64,000 bases of DNA from Eledone cirrhosa. Lineage: Eukaryota. The position numbers were made by a program, and so were the translations under genes. Below are positions 1 to 15,087 of this stretch, one piece after another. Position 1 is the first letter of the stretch. Each line of letters opens with the position of its first letter. The stretch covers positions 303,428,001 to 303,492,000 of the forward strand of contig OZ024743.1 of the NCBI GenBank assembly GCA_964016885.1. The letters run 5' to 3'. A model generated the notes under the pieces. It was not told the origin of the DNA and ran no database searches. It saw only the letters and a list, made by a program, of their open reading frames with translations.

Positions 1-73
1 AAAGATTTTTGTATTTGCAAAACCATAAATAGTATCCTTAATACTATATATATAAACATATACACACACACAC

Positions 74-125
<52 letters not shown>

Positions 126-429
126 GGTGGCTGCCAACTCGTTTTCGAGTACAGCCACTACTTTATGTCCATGTAGGAGAACCCCTAAGGATGCGCTGAA
201 CGAGTGTGACTTTTAAATCCAGCCATCGACTTGAAAACTCTGGTACAAATACTACTCTTGTGACAAATATTGTCACATAGTGCTGGGCCCATGGTACCTT
301 GTAACGACAAGTGCAGAGAGATCTCCAGATATAAAGCAATGCCTGTGCCGTGAAGCTTTTATAGTGAGCAAAGGCACTGCACAAACCAGTCCCACTCTCT
401 TAACCAAGATCATATCTACCAAAAAGAAG

Positions 430-675
430 AACAAGTTAACATCATGGATACCATCAGAGTTGCAGGTGTTATATCAGTGTTTTCCTTCTCCTAGAATTCT
501 GCCTTGACAAAGGCTAAGGGGTCATCTCTCCCGGTGATTTGGGATGGCCATTGACTCTTAAGAGCTCCATCGCCCTTTGACAGGTTTTGTTTTTAGTCCT
601 GCAGGATGTCCAAAGTCACCCTCCTCACCAAGAAACCTTGGTGGGGTTGCCAGTTTAGGCGCCAATGACCCGACC
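430..675 (-). mobile_element. Probable 5' UTR fragment of an RTE-like LINE
   Basis: GC-richer non-coding block ending at a (TA)n tract. The minus-strand sequence GGTCGGGTCATTGGCGCCTAAACTGGCAACC...CTAGGAGAAGGAAAAC resembles RTE 5' UTRs from memory. No ORF. Confidence 0.35.
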
Positions 676-1045
<370 letters not shown>

Positions 1046-1244
1046 TATATTATTATTTGTCTGACCCGAATTTTCTTGGTCGTTTTTTCGTCTGTGCGAA
1101 TGATTTTAAGCATTATCTCAGTGTGTTGGTATTTAAAAGTTAGTTATAGCTCTGGTTTATCCAAACTATTGAGCACTTTGCCACACTTTTCGAACATTGT
1201 GTTTCGTTATTTCGTGGGCCGAGATTACGATTCTCGATAATTTA

Positions 1245-1292
<48 letters not shown>

Positions 1293-1509
1293 TGTGTGTG
1301 TACGTGTGTATATATATATATATATATATATATTTGATCATGCCTTTATTTTTAAATGTTCTCATTCCTTGTATTTTGATCAGGCTATTTTTTTTTTTTT
1401 TTTTTTATTATTATTTATTATATTTTTGTCTTTATTTGTTAATTTTTCATTCGCACCGTTTCCTTTCGCTATATGTCTCTCCACCACTCCCCTACATACC
1501 TTTTGAACT

Positions 1510-1550
1510 CTCACCTGAAGAAGGGCTTATGCCCGAAACGTCGTCCTCCA
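1510..1550 (+). ncRNA. Degenerate minimal type I hammerhead motif in a solo PLE pLTR
   Basis: CTGAAGA(1515-1521)-A-GGGC TTAT GCCC-GAAA-CGTCG-TC, with AATAAA downstream. Stem I does not pair. A more decayed relative lies at about 18552-18590. Confidence 0.45.
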
Positions 1551-1631
1551 CCTACCCCCCCACTCTCCTGAGCGTGAATTTAATAAACATTTATCGTACT
1601 GCCTCTCTGTTCTGTCCCTGTTCAATTTTTC

Positions 1632-2125
<494 letters not shown>

Positions 2126-2128
<3 letters not shown>

Positions 2129-2301
2129 TCAATACATGGCAGAGTAAATTTTTTTTATTTTATAGAAGGAGCTTCTACAGGACTAGTACTGTTTCATTCA
2201 GATGAAATCTTCAGGAAATCTTCATCTGAATGAAACAGTACCAGTCCTGTAGAAGTTCCTTCTATGAAATAAAAAAATGTTACTCTGCCATGTATTGAGT
2301 A
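2126..2301. repeat. ~80-bp-arm inverted repeat (head-to-head PLE pLTR fragments)
   Basis: 2126-2206 is the reverse complement of 2221-2301. The same family occurs at 8235-8305 and 32807-33000. Confidence 0.85.
2172..2218 (-). ncRNA. Type I hammerhead ribozyme (PLE pLTR)
   Basis: Minus strand: TTTC-CTGAAGA-T TTCA TC TGAA T-GAAA-CAG TACTAGTC CTG-TA-GAAG. Core intact, stem III CAG/CTG, GUA cleavage triplet, 4-bp stem I. Confidence 0.65.
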
Positions 2302-2349
2302 CCTTACTTACTGTGGTTATCCCCGAATCAACCCGGGACCTACGTATAT

Positions 2350-4958
2350 ATATATATATCTCTATATATATGTATATATATGTGTGCGTGTATGTGAATG
2401 TCTCTGTTGACACCAGGAATATAGCTTAAGAGAAATATGACAATAATGAGGCACCCAATATTTTGACTGGTTTATAGAATTCTCTTGGCCTTTGTCACTC
2501 TAAGTGGAGCTTTAAAGAATTAGCTTTAGTGTTTATTTATATTGTTATACTTTGGGAGGGTCATGTTGCCAATAAGAAACACATGCACCATCTGCTTTCA
2601 CTTCAATTTATTATAATAAATTTATAAATTTAGGAATTTATAAATTTCCGGTTGGTTGGTTGGTTCCACAAACAGACGATTGTTTATATATTGTTAAAGT
2701 TTTTTCGTCACACATTATGTGACCTGTTCAGTGACTAGGGATTATTTTCTTTGTTTTTATGCCTCTCCTTTGTTCTGTCCTACGCCATGTTGTTTTGTGT
2801 ATGTGTGTGGTGCGCTTAGATTGAGCATGTGTTACATCCGGGTGTCTGTGTGTGTTTATATACGTTTATTTATTTGTTTATTTACATGTTACTGGTTGGT
2901 TGTTTGTTCTATGTGCGTGTGTGTTTTCATTTTGTCCTTAATTGTAAGTTGTGATGTTGCTGTTCCACTCATGTTTTCTATTCAATTTAGGTGCAGTTCA
3001 TTTATGTAAATTGCCTCTGTGATTTGTCTAAACATTGCGTCTTTTCTGTGTGTAGATTCTATTTTTATTTCTATGTTCTCTAATTTACCCGTATGTTCTA
3101 TTTTGGCATGTTGGTTGAGTACAGATGATTCTTTACTCTCTTGAAGGTCTCGCGAGTGTTCATTTATCCGTTCCCCTATACTACGAGCTGTCTCACCTAT
3201 GTACACTATATTTTTATCTCTACATTATCCTTCAGTACATATTATTCTATATACTACATTTCTAGTGTTACAGTTAATATGGGGGCTTAATTTACAGATT
3301 ATACATTTCTTATCTATACCGGGAGGTCTTTGAAAAGGATATGTATTGCTAATAAGTGTTTTTATGGAGGTACCTGGTCTTTCTACTATCTTAATATTGA
3401 GTTTATGTTTATCTAGGACCCTTTTAAATGTGTAAGCTCATTCACATCTAGGGGTTGTATCGATGAACAGTACACTCTGGTATGTATTGCTAACATACCA
3501 TGAGTTTATTCTATTAGCCTTATTTCTAGTTCTTTCTATTCTATTCCAAAATTTGCTCCTATACAAGGGGCAGGTCCCATCTGTGTCATTATTTACCATT
3601 TTTTCCAATTTGCTTGTGGCTCCTCTATATACTCTGATTTTATCTCTCTGATTGTAACCAGAGAACTGAATACGGTGGATCATGTGTTGCATGCGTCTCT
3701 CTAGTTCTTCGGGGTTGCACATGCGGGACACGTTTCTCATCACCCGTACCAAATCCGTAATCAGTATGTTGATTTTGGTATGGTCCGAAACAGCTGAGTT
3801 TCGGTGGATCAGATATTTGGAAGTCATGGGTTTGGCATAATGGGAATGGAGGATTTGTTTTTTGTTATTAACTGTATCTAACCAGAGCTCTGTGTCTAGT
3901 ACAGGTAATCGATGGTTGGGGTGTTTGCTTGGGTAGTCTATAGTAACTCTAATACTCTGGTGGATGGAGTTAGCTATTTGCTGGATGCTTTCCATCGTGT
4001 TTTTCTTTAATTCCTGACTGTTCTCTAGTGGCGGTGTTTTAACTACGATGTTTATATCATCAACGTAGCGGGAGTACATTATCAGGGTTAAGGGGTCTTC
4101 TAATTGTTATTTAAGTTTAAGTTTAAGTCTACTGTCCCACCATAACATGAATAGGTTAGCTATGTCGCTGGCAATGCTAACACCAATGGCTGCTCCCTCC
4201 TCTTGGGCATATGTTTTTCCATTAAATTTGAAGATATGTTCCTTAAGGGTTAATTTTTTGCTGGCCCCCACCGCATGTGTAATAATTTTCTTTAGTTCAT
4301 CGTGGTTTTCGGGGGTCCGTATGCCTCTGGTCCACCCGTTCCATCTATCTGTGTGGGTTTTCTTGGCTATTGAGGTAACGGTAGGTGGTCTTCCTCTTGC
4401 TGGTCTTGTAGGGCACAGGTTGCTAAGGCCATATGTATCTAGATAATTATTACTATAAGTAAGTTTAAGTAAGAGTCCCAGCTCACTGCTATCAACCCCA
4501 CGGAATTCAACATTGCTCTCACTGATCATTTCTACGCATTTCTCAACAGCAAAATCCACGTCAATAGATGGATACAGAGACACAACATCCATACTACCTA
4601 TTATGCAGTTTGTTAGGTGCCTAGATAGTTTATTTTCGCTGATTCTGCTGAGTAGGTCCTCTGTGCTGTCACATACATCTGGGGATGTTTCAATGATGGG
4701 GCGTATGATAAGGTAGAGGAAGTAGGAAAGTCTTTAATTACTAGCAATGTTAGCTCCACACACTGGTCGTGTTGGTGGTCCTGTGACAGGGTTACTGCTC
4801 GTTTTAAGGTATTTTCGAAGCCCATACAACGCTGGCACGTCATTGTTCCAGGCCTGGAAGTTGTTGGCAGTCCTTTTGTTGGGATGCATTATATTTGTCA
4901 ACATCATCATATGGGCATTGAGGGCTTTTTCCCTATCCTCATGCTCTTGTGGTGTTAC
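2350..4958 (-). mobile_element. Penelope-like retroelement, 5'-truncated; RT plus C-terminal GIY-YIG pseudogene and 3' pLTR
   Basis: Successive minus-strand ORFs read PALYGLRK...TRPV, GSMDVVSLYPSID, QEEGAAIGVSIASDIANLFM, YSRYVDDI, LPVLD, HYAKP, then YIGETARSIGERINEH (GIY-YIG, 2982-3206). Frameshifts and stops present. The 3' block 2390-2530 recurs at 7805-7945 and 7995-8140. Confidence 0.9.
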
Positions 4959-5532
<574 letters not shown>

Positions 5533-5989
5533 ACAGTTCAAGAGTAACCAATCTTAAAGAGAGAGATGGAAATCGGAGAGGAGATATGAGAGGAGAGATT
5601 GGGGAATTAGTTAGAAATCAAAGCGTAAATGCATGTGCTCAATTTGCAATATGCAGTTGAAAGCAGCTAGGTGGCTGGGTTCATGCAGAAGTTAAGTGCA
5701 CAGAGCTGGAAATATTCATTAGTTAAGCAAAACAAGTCCACAAATTTCACAAGGATGACATTATTAAAAGATTGTCAACATATTTTAGTTTGATGTAAGG
5801 AATGTGGAGAATAATAATAATAATATTAATAATAATAATGTCCGTTTACAATTGTTTCGCCACTCCATATAATATTTCTGGATCAGATGACTATATATCA
5901 TAATTGATCTGGTTCAGTTGAAAATAATTAACATATTTAAAAAACAGAGCGGCTCATCAGAACTTCAAAGGAATATAAATTAAAATAAT

Positions 5990-6176
5990 TGTTTCTACTT
6001 TAGGCACAATGCCAGCAATTATTCAGTGCATTACTGGTACTTTATTTTGTCGACCCCGTAAGGATGAAAGGCAAAGTTAACCTCGGCGGGATTTGAACTC
6101 AGAAGGGCAAGGGCCGTAGCTCTATGCATCAAAGCATGGCGTCCGACTCTCTACCGATACTGCCAATCCACCGCCT
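5990..6176 (-). mobile_element. tRNA-derived SINE, full length
   Basis: Minus strand has A box TGGCAGTATCGG, B box GAGTTCAAATCC, central GCCTTTCATCCTTACGGGGTCGA and 3' end GAAACA. 17-bp TSD ATATAAATTAAAATAAT at 5973-5989 and 6177-6193. Confidence 0.9.
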
Positions 6177-6249
6177 ATATAAATTAAAATAATGAGAGAA
6201 TGTTACATAATATAATATTCCATATATTGGTTTTTCACTATGGTGTCTT

Positions 6250-7705
6250 GGTTGGATCAGTTGTCAGCCATAATCAAGCAGTATTCATCTGTCGAGGCTG
6301 CATCGTGTGAGATCTGCCTATGGGTAACAAGATGGCTGCCAAAGGACATATTTACCTTACTAATTAGAGGGTGGTTTCAGGGGAAGTAACTCCTCGAGGG
6401 ATTAGAAATTGTGTGTAGTTTATAGTTAAGTGCTAATTTTTAATTTTTTTTAATTCAGAGACAATGTAGAGGAGGTAACTTATAATTATCTAAGTTAGTC
6501 ATAGCTATTTAACTTATTAGCTATAAGTAAGAATGGGGTTAGATGACTAACTTGGGTTAAATATTATATTGGCGAAGGAATTAGCCCTTCGATGTTGACA
6601 GCTAATAGTTACCTCCATTCTATCGTTAATCGTTAGAGGTCGTGATAGAATTATGTAATATGCGTCTGTAATACAGAGATCACAAGATTGTCTTCGTCCA
6701 TTGAAGGGTTGGGCCCTAGGCACGATATTCCATTCTAGTGAGTGTTGAACGTTGCTTAATTTAAGGTTTTTTTAATGAGTCTAGCGAGCGATGTCGAACA
6801 TCTGTTTCTAGAGTCTCGGAAGGAAAAAGAGTGCGCGTTATAGCGTACCTTAAAAGGGTTAGAGGTAGACCCGATATATGAGCTGATATTCGAAACAGTT
6901 TTAACCGTGCACCTATAGACTATGTTGGGTATCAGGCAGTGTCCATTTAATGGGCATGTATTAGGGTAACGGCAGTTGCAGTTGCTTCTGCGGTTAGTGA
7001 GAGTAGGGTAGTTATACCTAAGCGGTGGGTCAGTGCTAGAAGGGTTAGATGGGGGTGGTGTGCTACTAGAGTAATTATTGGTGTAGTGGCGTGGTGTATT
7101 TGATAGGGGTGGTGGTATCACGGTGTGGGAGTTATACTGTCTTAGTTTATGATGGTTACTGAATGCGATGTGGCTAGCTAGGTTAGGTGTTGTGGAGAAT
7201 AAGATGTTAATGTTATTTTTATTAAAGAGTGTGTAATATCTATGGTTGGGGAGGGGGGATGTTTAGATAGGATAGAGAAGAAGCGTTTAGGGATATTAGT
7301 GGGTAGATTAGATGAGAATGGGGGGTTAAACGAGGTGATATTTCTAGGTCTATTCCTCCTAGGCGTTATAGTTGAGTCGGTAGGGCCTTCCTAGGGTTAT
7401 TATTACATGGGGTTTGTTAATTGTCATCCCATTTCTCATTCCTATCCTAGGGTTGATTTTTAGTTTGCTACTTGGAGTGGGGAGCAGGCCCCTGCAAGCA
7501 TTAAAGTTCCCTGTATAGGTGCTGTTACTGCTAAAATTCCGGCGAATCTGGCTATATACTAAGGTATTTCTAGTTCTAGTGTTAAGTATATTATGGTGAA
7601 TTGCTGTGTTACGCATTTAGGTATGTAATAAATTGATTGTTCATAACCAGATTCAGAAATAACCTTATTATAATATTGTGCATGTTTTATAAATATCTCC
7701 CCATT
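6250..7705 (-). mobile_element. Penelope-like element (Hydra-type), 3' fragment with GIY-YIG
   Basis: CNCRYPNTCPLNGHCLIPNIVYRCTV...YIGSTSNPFKVRYNAHSFSF (ORF 6756-7121). The upstream thumb/linker reads HAQYYNKVISESGY and FNPPFS. Confidence 0.85.
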
Positions 7706-7743
7706 TGGATTATGTATATATATATATATGTGTGTGTGTGTAA

Positions 7744-7801
<58 letters not shown>

Positions 7802-7804
7802 ATG

Positions 7805-8140
7805 TGAATGTGTATGTTGACACCTGGAGTATAGCTTAACAGATATGACAATAATGATATGATAGGCACCCAATATTTTCAAATGGTTTATAGAATTCTC
7901 TTGGCCTTTGTCACTCTAAGTAGAGCTTTAAAGAATTAACTTTTAAAGAATTTCCCTTTTCTTTAAACCATGACCGAACCCCAATCATCTTATAGACACC
8001 TGAAATATAGGCATTATTAGCTTAAGAGAAACTTAAAAATAAGTAGTGGCACCCCATTCTGAATTTGTTTATAGAATTATTTCTGCCTGTGTCACTCTAA
8101 ATATAAATTATAGCCTTAAAGTATTAGCTTTTAATGAATT
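7805..8140 (-). repeat. Two tandem copies of a pLTR-like repeat shared with 2390-2530
   Basis: GACACC...TAGCTTAAGAGA...GGCACCC...TTTATAGAATT...GTCACTCTAA is seen at 2408, 7819 and 7995. Confidence 0.75.
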
Positions 8141-8239
8141 CCCTTTTCTTTGAATCAATGACCTCCACGCATCCAACTCCCCACCCTCTCCTACCACATG
8201 AAAAGATATAAATACCAAAACATTTATTTTTGGAAAGCC

Positions 8240-8290
8240 AGATTCCTGATTATTTCTAAAGAATGAAACAGTTCTAGTCCTGTACAATCT
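8240..8290 (+). ncRNA. Mutated type I hammerhead (same family as 2172-2218)
   Basis: AGATTC-CTGATTA-T TTCT AA AGAA T-GAAA-CAG TTCTAGTC CTG-TA-CAATCT. G8>U substitution and one stem I mismatch. Confidence 0.55.
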
Positions 8291-8302
8291 CATCTATATT
8301 AA

Positions 8303-8336
<34 letters not shown>

Positions 8337-8552
8337 AAGGTATATATTGAGTTAGAATCCCCAAATAGACTCCTACAATAAAATAGCTCTAGAAAAGAGA
8401 TTTTTCCTTGGTTCATTCTTAAATTGAGTCTGGCAAACCCTATTGTCCGTAGTTAGTATTCTTTTCACCTTAGCGAATCTGGTCCCTTATGATTTTAATA
8501 CATATACGTATATATCTGTGTTTGTTTTTCTTTTATATTCAATTATGTATAT

Positions 8553-9010
8553 ATTTCATTCTTTTTCCATTTATCGTCTTCGGTGCGCCCGGCCGACTAA
8601 CTTACTCGATATGCAATTAGGCTGCTCAGCCGTTAATATGCATACGGAAAGTATATACTTTCAGACGTTCAATCACCTGGCAGAAGGTATACGATGCTCA
8701 CGATAGCTAATAAGCATGAAACAAGTTCATCGTTCCTGTGTCAGTGTTGAACAAAAAGGTGACGTGGTTGCCTGAACACTGTACGGCGTAATTCGGGCTG
8801 TTTGTTTGTTTACAAACAAACCGAGCATTATAATAAATGTTCGGTAAACCCATACATACATACATATATGTGTGCATGTATGTATATATATATACATACT
8901 ACTGTACGTCTGTATACATATATGTATGTACGTATACATACATACTTACATTTACGTACCAGCCGTACTAAGAGTGAGAAATTTCATTTCATTTCATTCT
9001 TTTCCATATT
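8553..9010 (+). repeat. Unclassified ~430-450-bp interspersed repeat unit
   Basis: Bounded by the direct repeat TTCATTCTTTTTCCAT. Reverse-complement copies lie in tandem at 34697-35520. Confidence 0.8.
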
Positions 9011-9075
9011 TATATATAGATATCGATATATATATATATATGTACACACACACATATATACACACACATACACAG

Positions 9076-9159
<84 letters not shown>

Positions 9160-10711
9160 CTGTGTTTGTCTGTGTCTGTGACTGTGTGTTTGTGTGTGTG
9201 TGTGTGTGTGTATGAGTGAGTATGTGTGTCTCTACGTGCGTGAATTCTACACAATGAAGTGGGGCGCTTCCACCCAAGTGTCCCTCAAAACAATTATCAC
9301 GGGGAAACAACTTAGCAGCAGGAACATATTATGTATCGAAAAATCGATGTGAATTGCTGAGGAAATATTGGTTCATAGAAATGTGAGGAACTCAAATGCA
9401 GAAATAACTGTAAAGCGGCCGCTTACCATAGATAGTTATAGCATAGTTATTCTGAGAAAATACCGTGGTGTCGGGGAAGAGTGGTAAATGTCAACAAATG
9501 AACCTAAAGCCTTCTAAAAACGTTGGAGAGCATCCATGAAAGAAGAGGAGGGAAAAGTAAGAGGGAGGGAGAGAGAGAAAACCAGGCAGATATAGAAAAT
9601 GCGTCATTATCTCATCAGCTTCCATCTCTTCGAACAGTTTCGCTGGGTGTGGAATGTGCATTCATTTTAAGATAACCTCGTACTGCAAGACAAAAGTATA
9701 TCAGCTGGTATGAAACAAGTGCAGTGGGCCATGTTTGGCTCCTAGACAATACTAATCTTTTTCAATGTAACTTGAGTGTAAACATGACAAAGTTAACAGG
9801 GATTGCGTTAATACAGTAATACATTTTACTCATATGTATTAAATATACACGCGCTTTCCATGCAACTTGAAAAAAAAACGATAAACACATTTAATAGATT
9901 TCTCCTCTATGGATGTGTTTGTGTCATACGTTAGCATGCGTGTATCTCTGCCCCCCCCCCCCCACACACACTCATATATATATATATATATATATGCATG
10001 AATACATACATACAAAAGTGAATACATTCCTGACTACATACATCCATACGTACGTACTAATATAATCGCCAGTAAAACAGCAGTATTTAATATTTCGCAT
10101 GAAGAGATCTCTCAAATTTACTGAAGCTGGCAGAAATATTGCACAGTTGAACTTCTAATATGTTAAACTATATTACATGCTAGAATTCAGCCATATCTCA
10201 AAAGAATTACAGTTAGCCCTTTAGGAAATCGAATATTAATGCGGCATGAGACCAAAGACAGACATGATAGCGTAGCTATTCAAAATTTTAACTTACCGTT
10301 GAGTTATTACTGGATTTCAGAAGTGCATATTATCGGGATATGATGTGACATGTTAGATTTATTGATGAATATTAAGGAAATGAGCCGTTGAATTAAGGCA
10401 CTACGTTTGGAGTAGATAGACTTCAGACTCATATAACCGGTATGTTATTATGATAATAACGCCTCTCGATTCATATGATAGTCTTCTTTAAGATATTGAG
10501 CACAATATAGACGTCTAAGACAAAATCCTAATTTTGCAGAGCTTTTGGTGAAAACAAAGCAATAATAAAAGTACAACGAAAGTCTGATGAGAGGAACTTT
10601 AACCAACGTCTTACATAGAGAAAAAACTTTAGATCATATGAATTATTTAAAGGGAAGAGCAAACATCTTCTATGGACACACTATCGCACAACACCCTATT
10701 TAACAGATATA

Positions 10712-10929
10712 TATCAGAGACTTCTGGTGTCCTTGGCCCTAGGGCTACGTCCCTATTCACCACCATAGCCGCTGAGCTAGCCAGCCGTAGGTGTGAGCCT
10801 CGCGAGTTGGAATGGCTTTTCCAGCGCATCTCCCTTACCATCCTCCGGGGAAACGCCTTCTCCATCCTGTCTGTCGGGGCTGTGGGGAGGCCAGCACGTG
10901 GGACCCCATTTGCTCACCATACGGATTAA
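10712..10929 (+). mobile_element. 3' end of a CRE-like (restriction-like endonuclease) non-LTR retrotransposon
   Basis: ETSGVLGPRA...LFQRISLTILRGNAFSIL matches the ETxG..G..A...QRISI.IQRGNA C-terminal signature. Confidence 0.75.
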
Positions 10930-11677
10930 TAGGCAAAGTTGTAATGATTATGTAACATTATAGTATCTAAAGTTATCTTCTGCAAGGAACCACATACAAC
11001 ATGTTTATGAACATATTATACATGTCAAATACAACCTCAGAACTTGCGATGTTTAATATGTAACAAATACAAAACTACAGAAAATATATTTAGCCATAGC
11101 CAGCGGTGCTAATTAAATCAACATCAGTATAATGAAGGGATGCTATTCCAAATATGCTTTAGTAGCTAGTAGATAGCTGTTTCAAAAGAAATAGGATACG
11201 ACTCGGTGAGACGTATCCGCAAGTGGTAATTTAGAGGAAATACATTAATCAAATAGCATTTATTATTATTAGATATCACTAGCAAAATAATGGATCAAGC
11301 AATCAGTAGGCTATGACAATAATACCTGCTGGATCACGTTACTCCTATCTAGAAGGCAAATTGATTCCTAATTATATTATAACGATATATCCTTCTCGTA
11401 TCTATAACAACTAATTTGACAGGTGTCAAAAGTTATTTGTTATAATGGTGGGCATCTAATTAACATCTAAAATTGTCTGTGACCAGAGAATTTGGACCCG
11501 GATCAAAGTCAATATTTTATATCTAAGGCTGATGAAAAATTGGTATATCGGAGAGCCAGCAATATTAAATGTGTCAAGATATCCTGTTCACAAGAGTCAC
11601 AGACCTAGAAACAATTGTTTATACTGCCCACAAACTGTTTGCCATACGCCGGGAATATGAACTTTTTTCCATCTATC

Positions 11678-11724
<47 letters not shown>

Positions 11725-11731
<7 letters not shown>

Positions 11732-12380
11732 TAAACGGAATAAAAAATGCTGACAAATTGTTCACAGTGAAAAATAGTTTAATTAGGAATAAGTGAGAAT
11801 TAGTAATTGTATTGGTTAGTATTCAGTTTTGGTTTTAAGTTTTACCGGTTGCGCATTTCTAATGCTTTTCAAAAATAATTTTGAGATAGAGAGTCAGTGA
11901 TGTTTGCTCTGATCTGATTAGTTTTGCGAATTCTACCTGTATTTATGTTAAAAAAGTGGCTCCAGCGGTATTAAAATAAGTTTTGCGCCAATTCGTGTTG
12001 CAAAAATTATTGTGGTCAAAACAATTTTGATTGGTCGGTAGAGGTCATGTGAATGTAAAAAATTGATTTTGCGCCAAATGTAGGTTTGTGTCGGCTGACT
12101 GAGAAATGACTCTTTCACAACAAATATGTGTGTGTGTTTGTGTGTAGTAGTAGTAAAGTGTTCGTTGTTGTGATAATGGTCAGCAGGGATGTGTGTGCGA
12201 CCAGCAGCCTGTTGACAGTTCAAATGCCTATTAAGACAAGTGTGTGTGTGTGTGTGTGTGTATGTGTGTGTAGCAGAGTAATTCGTGGTAGAGGGATGGT
12301 CAGTGGGAATGTGTCTGTAAGTGAGTGGGGGATATTTTAACATGTTAAAATATATTTTTCAGCTCTTGTCTTATACGGAG

Positions 12381-12433
<53 letters not shown>

Positions 12434-15014
12434 TATTTGTATGTTAATGTACGCGTGTGTATGTGTGTGTGTATATATGTGTGTGTGTGTGAGAGAATGT
12501 GTGTGAGTGGGGGGGGGGCAGTATTTTGTTCCTGGTAAAATGGTGTACGTTATTCGATATTTTCAGTAAAATCGATTCTCTCAATAGAACATCAAAAACT
12601 TTAATAATAAAAGGTGTGAAATGATATATAGTATTGGCATAATACCAAGGTGTGTGAGTGTGTGTGTGTGTGTCCAGATTGTACGTACTGAAAGGGGGAT
12701 CCCTTAGGCCTTGCCGTATTGGAATACCTGTGCACAAATATGTACCTGGAGTGTGTCCAGAAATTGTATACCTGTGCACAAATTGTACACTTGTGCACAA
12801 ATTGTACACATGTGTCTGGAATGTGTCCAGATTGTAAGGCCTTGCCGAATTGGAATACCTGGGCACAAATATGTATCTTGAGTATGTCCAGAAAGTGTAT
12901 ACCTGTGCACAAATTATACACTTGTGCACAAATTGTACACATGCATCTGGAGTGTGTCCAGAAATTGTATACATGTGTACAAATATGTATCTGGAGTGTG
13001 TCCAGATTGCACGTACTGCAAGGGGAATTCAGTAGGCTTTGCCGTATTGGAATACCTGTGCACAAAAATGTATGTGTCCATCAGTGTGAAATGCATGTGT
13101 ACGTTTATGTATGTGTGTGTTTCGGCACGTTTATATCTATAGACATCAATAGTTTGCAAATTTGTGTATATTTGTGTTGCACCATAGAACATGTGTGTTT
13201 ACATATGTCATTGTGTTTATATGTGGGTAGAGATGTGCGCTGATGTAGGTATGTATGTTGACGTATGTATGTTGTGGGTTCGTCTTAGGGAGAAGTGTTT
13301 AGACGGGGTCCGTATTTGTTAATAAACTAAGATTCCATAACAAAAAAATAGAAACAGACATATACTACAAGCCCACAGACTCCAAGCAATATATTCCTTT
13401 CAACTCTTGCCACCCAAGACACGTTAAAATTAATATTACCTACAACTTAGCCAAGATAATCTGTACTATAGTCTCCAATAAAAACACCGGATACTTACAG
13501 CTACAAGAACTAAAGGACACACTCATAGACAGGGACTACCCTGCATCACTAATTGACAATGGAATCCAACGTGCCCTAAAACTCAGTACCCAGGAACTTT
13601 GACACACTAAAGTAAATCAAGCGAAACTAAAAGCTCTTCCATACATCTCCACACACAACCCCCTCAACAATGAGGCCTTTGACACCATCCTCCAGAACAT
13701 CCCTGTGTTGAAAAAGGACCATATAATGAACCAAATTCTACGAACACACGAGCATAAAGAGCAACAGACAATCTAAGTCAATGAAAAACATCCTAACACA
13801 TGCCAAAGTATTGCCACCACAACAACGAAATCCACAGTAAAAAAATGCGATAGACCCAACTGTGGCATTTGCATCAACCAAATAGAGGGTTCGCAATTAT
13901 ATTTCAAAGAAGGACAACGTTTTATAGTAAAACACAATTTCACATGTGCATCGGAAAATCTAATATATGTATTAACTTGCTCAGGTTGTCGAGAACAATA
14001 CATAACCAGACCAAAAACAGCCTCCGCCAAGGCATGACTGTCCATAGATCCCAAATTAAAATACGGGAATACAGGAAAATACCACCGAGTGAACACATTG
14101 ATGCCTGTGTCGCCCAAAATCATCCCAACTTCAGAATCTTTCCCCTCTACAAATTTAAAGATAATGCCACCCACACCCAGCGCATCAGCAAGGAATCTTA
14201 CTTTATTAACAAATACGGACCCCGTCTAAACACTTCTCCCTAAGACGAACCCACAACATACACACGTCAACATACATACCTACATCAGCACACATCTCTA
14301 CCCACATATAAACACAATGACATACGTAAACACACATGTTCTATGGTGCAACACAAATATACACAAATTGGCATACCTTTTGATGTCTATATTATATAAA
14401 CGTGCCGACACACACACATACATAAACGCACAGAGGCATTGCACACTGATGGGTACATACATTTTTCTGCACAGATATTTCAATACCGCAAAGCCTAATG
14501 AATTCCCCTTGCAGTACGTGCAATCTGGACACACTCCAGATACATATTTGTGCACAGGTATAACATTTCTGGACACACTCAAGATACATATTTGTGCCCA
14601 GATATTCCAATACGGCAAGGCCTTACAATCTGGACACACTCCAGACACATGTGTACAATTTGTGCACAAGTGTACAGTCTGTGCACAGGTATACAATTTC
14701 TGGACACACTCCAGATACATATTTGTGCACAGGTATTCCAATACGGCAAGGCCTAAGGGATTCAATTTCAGTACGTACAATCTGGACACACACACACACA
14801 CTCACACACACCTTGGTATTATGCCAATACTATATATCATTTCACAACTTTTATTATTAAGGTTGTTGATGTTCTATTGAGAGAATTGATTTTACTGAAA
14901 AAATCGAATAATGTACACCATTTTACCAGGAAAAAAATACTGGTCCACCCACACACACACATTCTCACACACACACACACACATATATACACACACACAT
15001 ACACATGCGTACAT

Positions 15015-15087
<73 letters not shown>

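Larger units (their letters stand above)
5600..11680 (+). pseudogene. Decayed LRR-receptor gene relic A, split by TE insertions (may be more than one gene)
   Basis: Manual translation across stops: NACAQFAICS*K...VKCT (LRRNT-like, ~5630-5700), DLVQLKIINIFKKQ (~5905), LPSLRTVSL (~9620), VWLLDNTNLFQCN (~9735), TAVFNISHEEISQI (~10080), IKALRLE (~10390), TKLQKIYLA (~11070), NLEEIH*SNS (~11230), DLETIVYTAHKLFAI (ORF 11569-11796). All on the + strand. Confidence 0.55.

Noticed and set aside
2475-2522. Hammerhead-like shape in the pLTR of the first PLE (AATTCT...GACA...GGCC...AGAATT)
   Set aside because: Only stem I and a palindrome fit; the core nucleotides do not match, so it is not called.
5990-6176. 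Functional tRNA gene
   Set aside because: The A/B boxes belong to a multicopy SINE with TSDs; no full cloverleaf.
12444-14880. Overlapping 150-190-aa Cys/His-rich ORFs, and a possible CRISPR-like repeat array
   Set aside because: They arise from the palindromic tandem array in the pLTR. Inter-repeat segments are themselves repeated rather than unique spacers, the context is eukaryotic, and there are no cas genes.
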